Assembly (NCBI GenBank): GCA_013265495.1
Contig: MU058441.1
Location: 124,001-188,000, forward strand
Length of the DNA stretch: 64,000 nt
Source: Vicugna vicugna
Lineage: Eukaryota
Reading direction: 5' to 3'
A program made the position numbers and the translations under genes. The notes under the pieces were generated by a model that saw only the letters and a list, made by a program, of their open reading frames with translations, had not been told where the DNA came from and made no database searches. Below are positions 54,201 to 63,110 of this stretch, one piece after another. How positions within the stretch are numbered: position 1 is the first letter of the stretch; every line of letters starts with the position of its first letter.

Positions 54201-57200
54201 CTGTCCTCAAAAAATTCAGGCCGGTCATTCGCAGACCCATTGGCTGAGTTATAGCGATCCCAGGCTTGGAGGAGCAAGGGAGGGTAAGACCCTTGAACAC
54301 AGTGCACCGAGTTCAGCCCAATAAAGCCATCTGTGCGGTTGTGTGCCTCATTCGACAAGAGGCTCAACTCTTTGGAGATGATGATCTCAGGCAGGATTTC
54401 CTCAAAAGTTTTTTGATGAGCTCCATTGACTAACTCCGGCCCCTCAATAGCAATGATTTTTAGGGCTACAGGTGTGTGATTAGCAACTGTTTGAAACACT
54501 TCGCCAAACACCCCTTCGCCAATCTTCTCACAGCATTTCAGTTTTTCTGTGGACAGGCAATAGCTGAAGGGGACAGGCCCCTCCTGATTGCATTCCCTGT
54601 AAACCTTTTCTGCATCGGATGCCTTTTTGTCCGTGACATGTAGTATCTTTAAGGGGGTTAGCAAATACATGGAGGAGGAGTGCCAAGGGGACAGAGCACT
54701 GTTTGTTCTGTTCGTGACAGGAGGGTTTGAAAATTCTGATATGAAGGACTCAGAGAGAGAACTGGCAATGGTGGAGGTGCTGCACAATTTTGACACAGCA
54801 GTCACGATCTTCTTCTTGTGGAAACTGAAGGAAGCCCTGGCTTTGGTCCAAGAGCAGGCATTCTGTACATGAGTCAAGTCCTGGGTGATAAATGAATCTT
54901 TTCCCATCTTTTGGCCCTTTTTAAACTGCTGGTGATGGAGGAGGGAGGTATCTGCTGTCTCCTGATGCTTCCTTTTCCTGCTTGGCCCAGTTCTCTCAGG
55001 CCTGTTGATTTTCCCAGGTACAACACCTCCCCTGCACCCACGGGTCTCCTCATATTCCATCTGGACAGCCCCTTGAGACCCAGTCTCTCGACAAGAGTCC
55101 TGGCCTGTGGCCATTTTCTTACCCATGCTTGATAAACCTGGGCTCTCCAGCCTCCTTCCCACTAGTTCCCTTTTACAGCAGGACTCCCTCATATTCTTCC
55201 CATCTGCCCCAAATTCAGAATCCTCAGGATTTCCTGAGCCCAAAAAGCTAAAGAGAGCTGACCTGAGGCTGCCATGGGCTTGGTGGGCCAACCTGGTGAG
55301 CCTGCCTCCTGCTGTCGCTGCCTCCTGGGAGCAGGGGAGAGACGCCTGGTCCACGGAGGCTGCTGGGAGCGGGAAGCCGCTCAGAACTTCAGAGACTCCA
55401 TCCAGAGAGGCGGAGGAGTTGGTACAGATGCTGCATCCTGGCGCTGGGGACCCAGGGCCGGGGCCAGGAGAGGCCGGAATGCTGAACAGGGAGGCACTGG
55501 TGCCCAGCTCGCCGTCGTCCCTGGTCTGGCTGCACACACTGAGGTCCGGGCTCAGGCGGCCCGGGTTGCCTTCGGGGAAGGGCGGCGGTCCGAGAGGGCC
55601 GCAGGGGGTGCTGCACTTCTGCCGGCACCGCGCTCGCAGCCTCAGACGTCTCGGGGTCGCGATCAGACTCGGCGGGTCCTTGGAGAGTCGGTTGCCAGCG
55701 CGCCTCCGCGGCCGACCCACCGGGCTGCCGGGGAAGTCGGGGTCGTCAGGATCGTCAGAGGCCGCGGACTGCGAGCGGCCGCCCCCGCTGGCGTCGCTGC
55801 TACTGCTGCTGCTGAAGAAACGTTTCCGGTCTTTCGGCGGGAACCACTGCACGGCTGCCTGGCCCGGCCGCCGCCACGGCGCCCCGCCGCCCGCAGCCCC
55901 ATAAGTTCGGAAGAGCCGACTCCCGGGTCGCGGGAGTGACGCCGCCATGGCCGGCACCCGCCAGCTTGTTCAAATACAAACACCGCGAGACTTCCTCGAG
56001 ACGCAGACGTGCCGGCCGGCCGGCCGGCCGGTCTGCCCGGCGGGTCCTAGCGCCGGGCCTCGCGCCTGCGCATTACAACGGGTGTCGCGGGATGTGGGAG
56101 AGGGCGGGTAACTATGGCGGCTTGGCATCCTCAGTTGGTCGCGGCCGTGGCTCTCGTTTCAGGCTCACACTGTGTGCACTCAGACCCGGGAGCGTGTTTG
56201 CGGGAGCGATCCGGTTCAGGTGAGCGCGGCCGACCCGAGAGGCCGAGGGAGGGAGGAGGGCCTGAAGCGGGTGACATGAGACGTCCGGATACTATTTTTC
56301 CGAGGTATCCCCTGAAAGCACAGGCAGGGCGGTCCCAAAGCTCTCTTTAGCCTCTTGACCGGTTCACGTTTGGCAAGGATGCCGCTTTGCTCCAGCCAAG
56401 TGAGCGCGGAAACTGCGCACACCCTCTATTCTGGGCCCGTGAAGTGCTCTGTGTGCTAAGTGTTAAAATTCCCAGCTTTTCCACCCGTAAAGGGATTGTT
56501 CTAACATCCTTTTCCAGCTTGTGGAAGAATGGCATTCGGTGAGCTGTAACATCTCCTCGGATAAAGAAAATGTAACCGTGGCTGCAGAGCTCTCCTTCAG
56601 TCAATCAGAGCAGGTACTTGAGATTTGATTATCCTGCTGTTTCACTGGCACCTTCCCTAGAAAGGATAATAGCGTCTGCAGATATGTCCGAAACAGGTCT
56701 CTTGATCCACCTTGTTACCCACTTACTCTGAGTAACTTACAAGGGTAACTTACTCTAGTTACTTACCAGGAATTTGAGGAATTACTTTCGACTCCTCTCT
56801 TTCTTACACCCACTCTGTTCCAGAGCAAGCCCTGTCATTCTACTCCTCCCGCCCCCAAATATATTCTAAATCCACTCACATCTCTCCATCTCCACCGCTA
56901 CTCTTGTAGGTCAGGTCGCCATCTCTTGTTGGGTTTATGGCAACATAACCCATCTTGCTCTGCTCATCTTGCCTCTGCTCTTGCCATGCCCTCCAGAAAT
57001 GTTTTAACAGCAAACATTATGCTACTCATCTACTTAAAAAAAAAGTTGGAATACACTCAGACTAAAATTCGTACTTTTTCAGTGTTCTGCAAGGCCCCCT
57101 ATGGTCTGGTATCTGCTTACTTCTTGCCCTTCATCTCCTGGTACTCTCCCCTTCCCTGCCTCCAGCTTGCCAGTATTGTTCTGACCACAGGACCTTTGTA

Positions 57201-60200
57201 CTTGCTGTTCCTTCTGCATGACACTGCTCTTCCACATCTTCGTGTGTGGTTTCTTCTTATATTTTAGCTCACATGTTACCCTCTTAGAGAGGCCTTCCCT
57301 GATCACTTATGCAGAAGTAGGAACTCCGATCTAGTTTAATGTCTTGCAGTGATCCAGGTAAGAATGATGAGATCTGAACTGAAGAAGTAGCAATGAGGTT
57401 GGAGAAAAAGGGACAGGTGCAAGAGAGGCTAAAAAAGAACTGTCAAGAACTGACTTGGGGTGGGTGGATGGGTGGGGGTGTGGTGTGAGCTAAAGGGTAA
57501 GGGAAAAGTTGAGGTATAACTGCACGTTTCTTGCTTGGGTAACTTTGTGGTTGCTGAGGCCATTCACTTGACTAAGGAATACTGGAGAAGTAACACGTGT
57601 AAAAGGAAAGATGGTGACTGCTGTCCCAAAACAGTAAGTCCATGTCTAAAATATGTTTTGTTTCCTCCCCATCTTATAGTTACCAAGAGATGTAACTGAG
57701 CTGCAGATCCTTGGTGAAATATCTTTCAACAAGTCTCTCTATGAGGGGCTGAATTCAGAGAACCACAGAACTAAGGTAATCCCTGGCTGTTTTCTGGTTT
57801 TCTGGGTGGTGTCCTGGGAAAGCTGTGTCCGGCCTCAGAGCCCCTGTACTGGCACTCGGCTGTTGTCCTCTTCCTGTTTTCAGTCTTACTGCCTTTGATC
57901 TTGATTCTGCTACCACCTACCTCTGTGACTTTGAGTTACTCAGCCTCTGCCTCAGTTTTTCTGTCTCTGAAATGAGGTGATTGAATAAGAGGCCTCAGCT
58001 GAGTAAGTCTAAGTGGAAATAGCTAGGCAGTAGTCAACAGCCATATATACTTTGATTTGAAGATTTTTTTTAATTTCCTGTGAGAAATTATTATTTTGTA
58101 TATATTAACCCTCTTCTTAGTGTGTAGTAACTGTTCAGTTACGATAGTGCACAGTTACGGTACTCAGGGATGTATACGTCTTTTATAAGTCTTAGACTAA
58201 GTACTAGAGCTCTTGGGTTCATTTTGTAGAAATATGACTGCAAGTCAAACTGACATCTGTGATCTGTGGGCTGACTGCGCTGTGTGCCACCCTGAGTTGT
58301 CATCCTTGTTGACACTCACCTCAGCCTGCTGCTGGCATCAGAGATGGTCCATCTGTGAGCTCTTTGGTTAGGCCTGATTCCAGATCCAAGAGAGAATCAA
58401 AGGTGTGAGACTGGATCGCTAAATACTAGGTCCTCTGATATCCTCCCTGGACGAGGAGAAAGTCACAGTTCTCTAGACATGTCAAAAATAACATTTCCTT
58501 TTATTTTTAAGTATTTCTAACACAGAAAATGATACAGAAGAAAGAAAAGTGCCCCATTATCCTATTGCTCAGATTTTTTAGAAATAGAAAAGCGAGAAAA
58601 TTCAAGCTTTACAGAAAGATCCCAACTAAAAAATAGTGGTTCCTTCACTCCCCATGCCCTCATTTTCTTCTGTCTTCCCAAAGAGGGCTGCTGTTAACAT
58701 ACACATTCTTAAATCATTTATTTCCCCCTTTTGCTTACTGGTGCTTTTATTCCTGTAGTGTAGATTCCCCATAATTATTTTCCTTTCTTTAAATTTAGTA
58801 TCTGAAGCAAAGAATTTAGTTTCTGGTAATAAGCACCTGACTTAGAACGAATCTACGAGTATAAATAGCCTTGTATCCAAGTGCATTTCAGCTGCAAGTA
58901 AGCGAAAACTCCCACTAATGTACCATAAAGTCATCTGTTGTTTATCTGAGTGAGGGAGGTGGACCAGGGCCAACGGCCTGGCTCCTTTGAATACTGTGTG
59001 CTTTTATCTGTGTGTTGGCAATGCCTTCCCTCGTGGCCAGCACAGAGTTTCCACTTCTCCCAGTGCTGTATTTTCACGGAATACAAAAGCCAAGAGGTCA
59101 GCAACAAATGGAGTTTTTCTTCATCTGCCTCCCCTTTTCAGGGAGGAAGAGTTTCCTAAAAACTCCCAACAGATAATCTCCTTGCATCTTATTAGTGAGA
59201 ACTAGATCTGGTGTCAATCACTGACCAAGGGGCATGGCTTTGTCATGATTAGCTTAAACCAGCCATGATTTCTGAACAGAATCTTAAAGGAGAGAATGGC
59301 TACTGGGTCGGCCACCACCAGTGTTTGCCAAAGCAGTGGTGTCCTCGACCTGCTTCTCCCTTCACCTCTACCAGGACAGATCTGGGGCACTTCAGGAACC
59401 TGTGGGTGTAGAAGAGGAAAAAGGGAAGAGGCTTTGAGAAATGGGAGCATTTCTTCTACTCAAATCTGTCCTGTTAACACCACTGTCATCTGGGGACTTC
59501 CTTCCATTAATTTCCTAAACCTCAGGTTCTCAAGTCCTCCCCCACTCCTCCCCACTTCACTCTTTCCTGAAGGAGAAAACCAGCTCCCTTCCTGTTCCTC
59601 CATCTCCATTGCTTTGCTCCCTCCCTATTTGCAAGGGAGGGTCTACCCTACGAAGTGTTTATAACATCATTGAGAACTCAAAGGTAAATTTGTCCAGCCT
59701 TCCACCCCATGCAGAAATTCTCTCCAAAGCATCCCCGACCTTGGTGCTTAAACACTTGCATGAAGGGAAGTCAGTGTTTTGGGCAGGCAGAGACATCGTG
59801 ATGGCCCTCTGGCCCCACTTAGGTCCTGGGAACATGCTCTGGCCATGGACTGTGTGCTGGCCACGACTTGGGAGCGCCTTATCTGGGTCTCACTTGGGAA
59901 GCACGTCCCCTGAACTCTCCAGCTGACTCCTATCAGTAAGAGGAAGCTCAGACTTGAGGAATGGAGAGAGCCTTTGGACGGTGGTGCTGGGGTGGCTTCT
60001 CATGGGAGAGCTTTTCAACAGTACACATGGATGCCATGTTGCATTTATTATCATGCCTCTGACGTTAGTCTGGTGAAAAGCAGACTGTATCTTTGTCATG
60101 CATCTCATGTGGGAAAAATGTCCCATCAGTCGTTAGGCAAGATCAAAAAGAGTTGTCAGAACAGACCTGGAAGGGACTTAGAGATCATTAAAAATAGGTC

Positions 60201-63110
60201 ATCATTTTGAGATGGAGAGCTTGGGGCATAGCTGGATGTGGAATCTTGATTTTCTGTCTCTCAGTGTTCTTATTTTTTTTAATTTCACGTAGTCTTTTTT
60301 TTTTTCTTCTTCAGTTTTCTTTTGGGGCGGGGGAGGTAATTAGGTTTATTTACTTATTTTCAGAGGAGGTGCTGGGGATTGAACCCAGGACCTCATGCAT
60401 GCAAAGCATGTGCTCTACCACTTGAGCTATACCGTCCCCCCAAATTATTTTATTTTTAAAATTTTTTCAGGCCTTTTTTTGTGGGGGAAGGTAATTAGGT
60501 TTATTTATTTATTTACCAGAGGTACTGGAGATTGAACCCAGGACCTCGTGCGTGCCAAGATGGACTCTACCACTGAGCTGTACCTTCCTCCCCAAGTCTC
60601 TATAACCTAGAGACCTTAATTCTTTGGGACTCTCTGTTAAACTGTCAGAGACTTCATAACAGAAGGTCACAGTCTCCTGGCAGACTTAGCTCTTCTAGAT
60701 AAGAGACTAAAATAGTTTCTATAAAGTATTTTGGTCATAGGATAATTTTCCTGTGCTCTGGTTTTTTGGTGTTTTTTTTGTTTTTTTTTTCCTTCAGTGT
60801 TTGTTCTCTTTGCTTTCGAGGGTTCTGTTGATAAATGTAGCTCAGAGATTTTTTTCTCAGCCGGTTCCAGTTTCCTAGTGAGCATGTCAAAGGCATTCTT
60901 TATTTCTATTATGGCTTTTTTTTTTTTTATCTCTAGCATTTCTTTTTGGTTCTTTGTTAGGATTTCCATCTCTCCGCTTACATTGCCTGTATGCATGTTC
61001 TTTGTCTTTTTTCTTGTGTGCTGTCTACTTTATCCATTAGAGCCCTTAGCATATTCATTGTAATTGTTTTAATTCCTGGTCTGAAAGCTGGACATGATGT
61101 ACTAAGTAAAAGGAACTGCTGTAAATAGACCTTCAGTAACATGGTGAGGTGCCGGGAGGGAAGCGTTCCATCATTCTGTGATTAGGTCTCAGTCTCTTAA
61201 TAAGCGTGTGCCTCTGCACTGTGACCAGTACAGCTGTTGATGTTTTTTTTTTTTTTTTTCCGAAAACAGAACAGCAAAAAAATACCCTTAGGATGGCTAG
61301 AGTGGGCTTGAATTAGGTACTTCCCTTCCCCCGGGACAGTTAGGCTCTGCTAATACCCAACAGGTTAGGCTGTGGTTAACTAGTTTCCCTTGAGGGCAGG
61401 CCTTGTCCTGAACGGAGTTCTCTGGCTTATTTCAAAATGATTCCTTTTTCCCTTCTCCTGAGGGAAGCACGAATGTTTTTTTTTTTTCTCCAGTGTTTAA
61501 TGGGGAACCTGGTTAAGCCCCTGGAGGTAAACCTCACCCCAGTGACGGGTTCCCTGGAGTTTGTAAGCCCCAGAGTTGTCAGCAGTATCCAGCGGTCCCT
61601 CCCTTGTAGTTCGGGTTTCCTGCCCAGCTGTGGCGACCCTCTGCTCTGTGTTCACCTGACTGTCTCTCCACTCGGGGCAGCAGTTTCCCTTGTGTCCTTT
61701 CATACGGATCCAAGAAGAGTTGTTGATTTTTCAGTCTTTTCAGCTCTTTACTTGTTAGCATGGAGTGGTGACTTCCAAGCTCCTTACACATGAAACTGGA
61801 AACCAGAAATCTCATTAGATAATTTTAGACGCTGCATCAATGTTTAGCTTTTGCTTTAGTGTCATCAGCCTTGATCAATACACTGAATGCTGCCAGGTTC
61901 TCATATTTTGCTCCGTAAAATAACATGTAGAATTATTTTCTCATTTGGCCTTACCCGATTTATCGGATGATCTTTTTGTCTTGTTCCAGATCACTGTCAT
62001 CTTCCTGAAAGATGAGGAGGCATATTCCCTGCCTCTCATCATTAAAAGCAGTGTTGGTGGCCTTCTGGTTTTGATCGTGATTGTAGTCATCCTAGTCAAG
62101 GTCAGTTCCACTTACGGTCATAAAGGCTCTGGTGTTGGGCCCAGTTCTCCTTAGGACCTCCAGCCCCTGACTTCCAGCAGCTACCCTGGCCTGGTGGCCA
62201 CTTTTCCCTCTTCCTTCACCCGCACACCTGTTGAGACAAATAAGTAAGAGAGTTTCTGTATGAGAAAGACAAAGATCTAATTGAAGAGATTTTCCCAAAA
62301 CAGATCTGGCGTCGTTCTCCTGTTTAAATCCTTTCCTTCCCCTGCTTTAGTGTTCAGACTCTTTCACTGCTTTTGAAGACCCTCCACGCTCTGGCTTCCA
62401 CCCATAAGTTCTTGCTTTTTTCTCCAAGCACATTGAGCTGAGTAGGTTCGTGTCTCTGTGCTTGCCGTCAGGCTCCCTACACCCGCCTCCCGTGCCTGTT
62501 CCCTCTTTCCCTCTGGCTCACACTCTCCCCCTAAAACTCAGCCCTGGAGATTCTCGAGTCCTCTGAGCCAAGTTCCATGCTTTTCCTCTGAGCTGCCCTC
62601 TAGAAACCCTTCCAGCCGGCAGTTGTCACGCTGTCCTGTAATTATTTCTCTTCCCACTCGATTCTGCGTTCCCTGATGTGGGAGGCTGTGTTTAAGCCCT
62701 TTCTGTCCTCAGCCTGGTAGGCTGAGCACTTTTACATAAATAGAGCCAGTACAGCTGAAACTGCAGCACTTTGCAGGACTAATTAGGTTAAAAAGATTAA
62801 AGCGCTCTGGGGGTTCAGAGGAAGGTGGAAGATCTCTTCTGACTGGGGACTGAGCACCAGGAAAAGCTTGTGGAAAGGTCTCGAAGGATTGGATTATCAG
62901 GAGAGATTCAGAAGGAGCATGAGAAACAGGGGCCATCTTGGCAACAACCAGAGAAATGGTTTTCTAAAACAGGTATCTTAGGCCTGTAATCAGGCTTCCC
63001 TTCTTCGTTTTTAGTGTGGCTTTTTTAAAAGAAAATACCAACAGCTGAACTTGGAGAGCATAAGGAAGGATCAGCTGAAGTCAGAGAGTCTGCTCGATGA
63101 AGAAAATTAG
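9172..63110 (+). CDS. ITGAE: Integrin alpha-E (CD103), 31 coding exons, 3516 nt spliced CDS, 1171 aa (using one copy of exon 3)
   Basis: Hand-spliced translation shows signal peptide MWLLHTLLCVTG, mature N-terminus FNVDV, X-domain RQRR plus acidic run, I-domain MIDAS DGSGS, FG-GAP Ca-binding repeats (DIDMDGTTD, DISQDKLTD, DFSGDGLAD), TM helix and cytoplasmic GFFKR. All introns are GT-AG with matching phases. Confidence 0.98.
12608..12710 (+). mobile_element. tRNA-Ala-derived SINE (camelid vic-1-like)
   Basis: A box tagctcagtgttagagc, ttagcat anticodon loop, B box ggttcaatccc, A-rich tail. Confidence 0.85.
15905..17850 (-). mobile_element. Cluster of nested LINE-1 3' fragments
   Basis: Two related L1 3' ends (ggttattacaagatatt...atagttccctgtgctata) near 15920-16330 and 16460-16690, plus older L1M fragments; boundaries approximate. 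Confidence 0.7.
18252..18372 (+). CDS. ITGAE: ITGAE exon 2
   Basis: ctcctcag| GLAPVAAFNVDVVQTWVTPEGGAPYVLSSLLHQDSSTNQTW |gtgagt. Confidence 0.95.
18651..18782 (+). mobile_element. tRNA-derived SINE (vic-1-like) with target-site duplication
   Basis: gggggagggtatagctcagtggtagagc...ggttcaatcccc, flanked by taaattcccaggg / taaatttcccaggg. Confidence 0.88.
22048..22262 (+). repeat. Exact 104-bp direct duplication (period 111, 7-nt spacer)
   Basis: ggtgtaatagggtcc...gaccacccacca at 22048-22151 and 22159-22262. Confidence 0.95.
23735..24182 (-). mobile_element. MaLR solo LTR (MLT1-type); duplicate copy at about 27895-28342
   Basis: ggctgctgtaacaattcaccccaaacttagtggcttaaaac...aaggacccttgtgattacattgggcccacc. 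Confidence 0.75.
24445..24720 (+). repeat. Exact 132-bp direct duplication (period 144), present only in unit A of the large duplication
   Basis: cttatgtccaag...ggggtgggg at 24445-24576 and 24589-24720; single copy in unit B near 28605-28736. Confidence 0.95.
25751..25842 (+). CDS. ITGAE: ITGAE exon 3, copy A (in first unit of tandem duplication)
   Basis: cag| LLVTSPSTSGTAEPLHQCSLVHDELRCHPV |gtaagt; identical to the copy at 29767-29858. Confidence 0.75.
27026..27059 (+). pseudogene. ITGAE: Truncated duplicate of ITGAE exon 4 (first 34 of 68 nt) at the duplication junction
   Basis: Intact acceptor ttcag| then EHVSIPKRRYRG, then a jump back to intron-2 sequence (matches 22901 onward); in-frame TAG at 27079-27081. 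Confidence 0.85.
29767..29858 (+). CDS. ITGAE: ITGAE exon 3, copy B
   Basis: Same 92-nt exon as copy A; followed by the intact exon 4. Confidence 0.9.
31042..31109 (+). CDS. ITGAE: ITGAE exon 4
   Basis: ttcag| EHVSIPKRRYRGVTAVRNQHGVL |gtgagt. Confidence 0.95.
31465..31582 (+). CDS. ITGAE: ITGAE exon 5
   Basis: ccag| ICIQVPTRQPHSLSSEFTGNCSLLAPDLQPRAQVYFSNL |gtaagg. Confidence 0.95.
31807..31947 (+). CDS. ITGAE: ITGAE exon 6 (X-domain with RQRR cleavage site and poly-Glu)
   Basis: tttag| ENLLDPDAHVDAGVCSRNKEGSTENRARQRRALKVEEEEEEEEEEGA |gtaaga. Confidence 0.95.
32311..32426 (+). CDS. ITGAE: ITGAE exon 7 (I-domain, MIDAS DxSxS)
   Basis: GTEIAIILDGSGSIDPPDFQRAKDFISNMMKNVYEKCFE |gtgggc. Confidence 0.97.
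33019..33170 (+). CDS. ITGAE: ITGAE exon 8 (I-domain)
   Basis: CSFALVQYGTVIQTELDLQDSQDVTASLARVQNITQVGNVTKTASAMQHVL |gtgagt. Confidence 0.97.
33430..33655 (+). mobile_element. MIR SINE
   Basis: MIR core gaccttgggcaagttgcctaacctctctgtgc...aaaatgagaataacagtagtac...gtgcctggcacataagtgct. Confidence 0.75.
33934..34087 (+). CDS. ITGAE: ITGAE exon 9 (I-domain)
   Basis: DNIFTPSHGSRRKASKVMVVLTDGDIFGDPLNLTTAINSPKMQGVERFATG |gtaaga. Confidence 0.97.
34676..34826 (+). CDS. ITGAE: ITGAE exon 10 (end of I-domain)
   Basis: VGDAFKNNKTYEQLKLIASETPEAHAFKVTNYMALDGLLSKLQQSIIRVE |gtgagg. Confidence 0.96.
35301..35368 (+). CDS. ITGAE: ITGAE exon 11
   Basis: GTVGDAPHYQLAQVGFSAQILDE |gtacat. Confidence 0.95.
36109..36244 (+). 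CDS. ITGAE: ITGAE exon 12
   Basis: GQVLLGAVGAFDWSGGVLLYDTNNCRGHFLNQTVVDAKAAQYGYL |gtgagg. Confidence 0.95.
36245..36441 (+). repeat. G-rich minisatellite, 7 x 28 bp, starting at the exon 12 donor
   Basis: Unit GTGAGGGCGGGGCCTGGAGGCTGCCTGG at 36245, 36273, 36301, 36329, 36357, 36385 and 36413; later units diverge. Confidence 0.95.
36950..37089 (+). CDS. ITGAE: ITGAE exon 13
   Basis: GYSVAVLHKPSGLAYVAGAPRHRQRGAVFELQEGRETDFVPVLEGEQ |gtatgt. Confidence 0.96.
37407..37547 (+). CDS. ITGAE: ITGAE exon 14
   Basis: MGSYFGSGLCPVDIDMDGTTDFLLVAAPFYHVQGEEGRVYMYRVNKQ |gtggga. Confidence 0.97.
38214..38450 (+). CDS. ITGAE: ITGAE exon 15
   Basis: DGSFSLERELIGHSRLIYARFGFAMATVGDISQDKLTDVAIGAPLE...VYIYNGRSTNQLVNLSTSWSQ |gtgacc. 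Confidence 0.93.
39239..39280 (+). repeat. 2 x 21 bp tandem repeat
   Basis: ccttggatgaccttgctcttc occurs twice. Confidence 0.9.
39440..39570 (+). CDS. ITGAE: ITGAE exon 16
   Basis: RIRASAVAPGLHYFGMSVAGGLDFSGDGLADITVGALGRAAVLR |gtaggg. Confidence 0.96.
39960..40875 (+). mobile_element. LINE-2 3' fragment
   Basis: L2-type motifs (ttcccatctcagcaaagggcacc, cttagagtaaaatccaaactcctgaccatggcc); boundaries approximate. Confidence 0.65.
40939..41069 (+). CDS. ITGAE: ITGAE exon 17 (start of thigh domain)
   Basis: SRPVAPLKVSVNFAPNALPIGFSGSVNACLCFEISSETTAAKS |gtaaca. Confidence 0.95.
42245..42408 (+). CDS. ITGAE: ITGAE exon 18
   Basis: GLRETALNFTLDLDVMMPRKRLQCSDERACRGSLRDWDAGPHLCKPFLLIPTEGQ |gtgggt. 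Confidence 0.94.
42658..42787 (-). mobile_element. tRNA-derived SINE (vic-1-like)
   Basis: Reverse complement of the same head (gagctataccctccccc); degenerate TSD ggaaatactt / ggaaacgctt. Confidence 0.85.
43717..43845 (+). CDS. ITGAE: ITGAE exon 19
   Basis: LCQEDCFSNISIRVSYQLQTPEGRRDHPQPVLDLYTEPSTIFQ |gtgact. Confidence 0.95.
45179..45300 (+). mobile_element. tRNA-derived SINE followed by a truncated second head
   Basis: ggaggtatagcttggtggcagagcgcatgcttagcatgcatgaggtcttgggttcaattccc plus poly-A, then ggggagggtaattgctcagtggtaga. Confidence 0.82.
45667..45740 (+). CDS. ITGAE: ITGAE exon 20
   Basis: LPYEKACRNKLFCVAELQLATTVSQ |gtgagt. Confidence 0.95.
46310..47040 (-). mobile_element. LINE-2 fragment
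   Basis: attcattaaatatttatggagcc...aggaaggtgacatttagg...gatcactcttgcggctgtgttgagaatag; boundaries approximate. Confidence 0.65.
49104..49236 (+). CDS. ITGAE: ITGAE exon 21
   Basis: QELVVGLTKELTMNISLSNSGEDSYMTSMAVKYPRNLQFKRIQK |gtaact. Confidence 0.95.
50584..50682 (+). CDS. ITGAE: ITGAE exon 22
   Basis: PPSPNIQCDDPKPAASVLVMNCKIGHPILKRSS |gtgagt. Confidence 0.95.
51209..51288 (+). CDS. ITGAE: ITGAE exon 23
   Basis: ITLSLAWQLEESTFPNRTANITVMITN |gtaagc. Confidence 0.93.
51553..51752. mobile_element. MER20-like hAT DNA transposon relic
   Basis: gttctcaaatgggggtgattctgcc...gctactggcatctagcgggcagaggcc...ggccccaaatgtcaata...ggctgagaaacc. Confidence 0.7.
51925..52002 (+). CDS. ITGAE: ITGAE exon 24
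   Basis: FNERRSLVSKTHSLQFKHAFIAVLPK |gtaagt. Confidence 0.93.
52478..52541 (+). CDS. ITGAE: ITGAE exon 25
   Basis: PSVMYMNTSRGLSDHKEFLFN |gtaagt. Confidence 0.93.
52625..52732 (+). CDS. ITGAE: ITGAE exon 26
   Basis: IHGENLFGAEFLLKICVPIKLQGLHLVRVKNLTKTQ |gtatgt. Confidence 0.94.
53389..53394 (-). terminator. HASPIN: Candidate HASPIN polyadenylation signal (AATAAA on the minus strand)
   Basis: tttatt about 200 nt downstream of the HASPIN stop; a second one lies at 52989-52994. Confidence 0.55.
53594..55948 (-). CDS. HASPIN: Serine/threonine kinase haspin (histone H3 Thr3 kinase), intronless, nested antisense in ITGAE intron 26; as assembled it has an in-frame nonsense codon at codon 634 (54049-54047)
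   Basis: ATG at 55948 (gccATGG), N-terminal RLFRTYGA, KIGEGVFGEV Gly-loop, VALKII, haspin-specific DYTLSR in place of DFG, DYQFEIYRLM, C-terminus SATDLLCQHSLFK. ORFs 54047-55957 and 53594-54028 are in the same frame, separated only by TGA in FEH*DLHWGN. Confidence 0.95.
55480..56300. promoter_or_regulatory. CpG island / bidirectional promoter for HASPIN (-) and a short internal ITGAE-derived transcript (+)
   Basis: Dense CpG. CHR-type TTTGAA on the minus strand at 55969-55974, (CCGG)5 at 56012-56031, NRF1-like cgcgcctgcgca at 56061-56072, GC box near 56103, YY1-like ATGGCGG at 56114. This arrangement is known from human and mouse. Confidence 0.85.
56163..56219 (+). CDS. ITGAE: ITGAE exon 27
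   Basis: tttcag| AHTVCTQTRERVCGSDPVQ |gtgagc. Confidence 0.92.
56518..56613 (+). CDS. ITGAE: ITGAE exon 28
   Basis: LVEEWHSVSCNISSDKENVTVAAELSFSQSEQ |gtactt. Confidence 0.95.
57680..57775 (+). CDS. ITGAE: ITGAE exon 29
   Basis: LPRDVTELQILGEISFNKSLYEGLNSENHRTK |gtaatc. Confidence 0.95.
60295..60592 (-). mobile_element. Two adjacent tRNA-derived SINEs (about 60295-60441 and 60475-60592)
   Basis: Two copies of gattgaacccaggacctc...ctctaccact(t)gagct. Confidence 0.85.
61990..62100 (+). CDS. ITGAE: ITGAE exon 30 (transmembrane helix)
   Basis: ITVIFLKDEEAYSLPLIIKSSVGGLLVLIVIVVILVK |gtcagt. Confidence 0.96.
63015..63110 (+). CDS. ITGAE: ITGAE exon 31 coding part (cytoplasmic tail)
   Basis: CGFFKRKYQQLNLESIRKDQLKSESLLDEEN-TAG. 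Confidence 0.97.
   Translation, partial: CGFFKRKYQQLNLESIRKDQLKSESLLDEEN

Noticed and set aside
55107..55939. Long + strand ORFs (265 aa and 221 aa) overlapping HASPIN
   Set aside because: Antisense shadows of a GC-rich coding region and CpG island; no recognisable domain.
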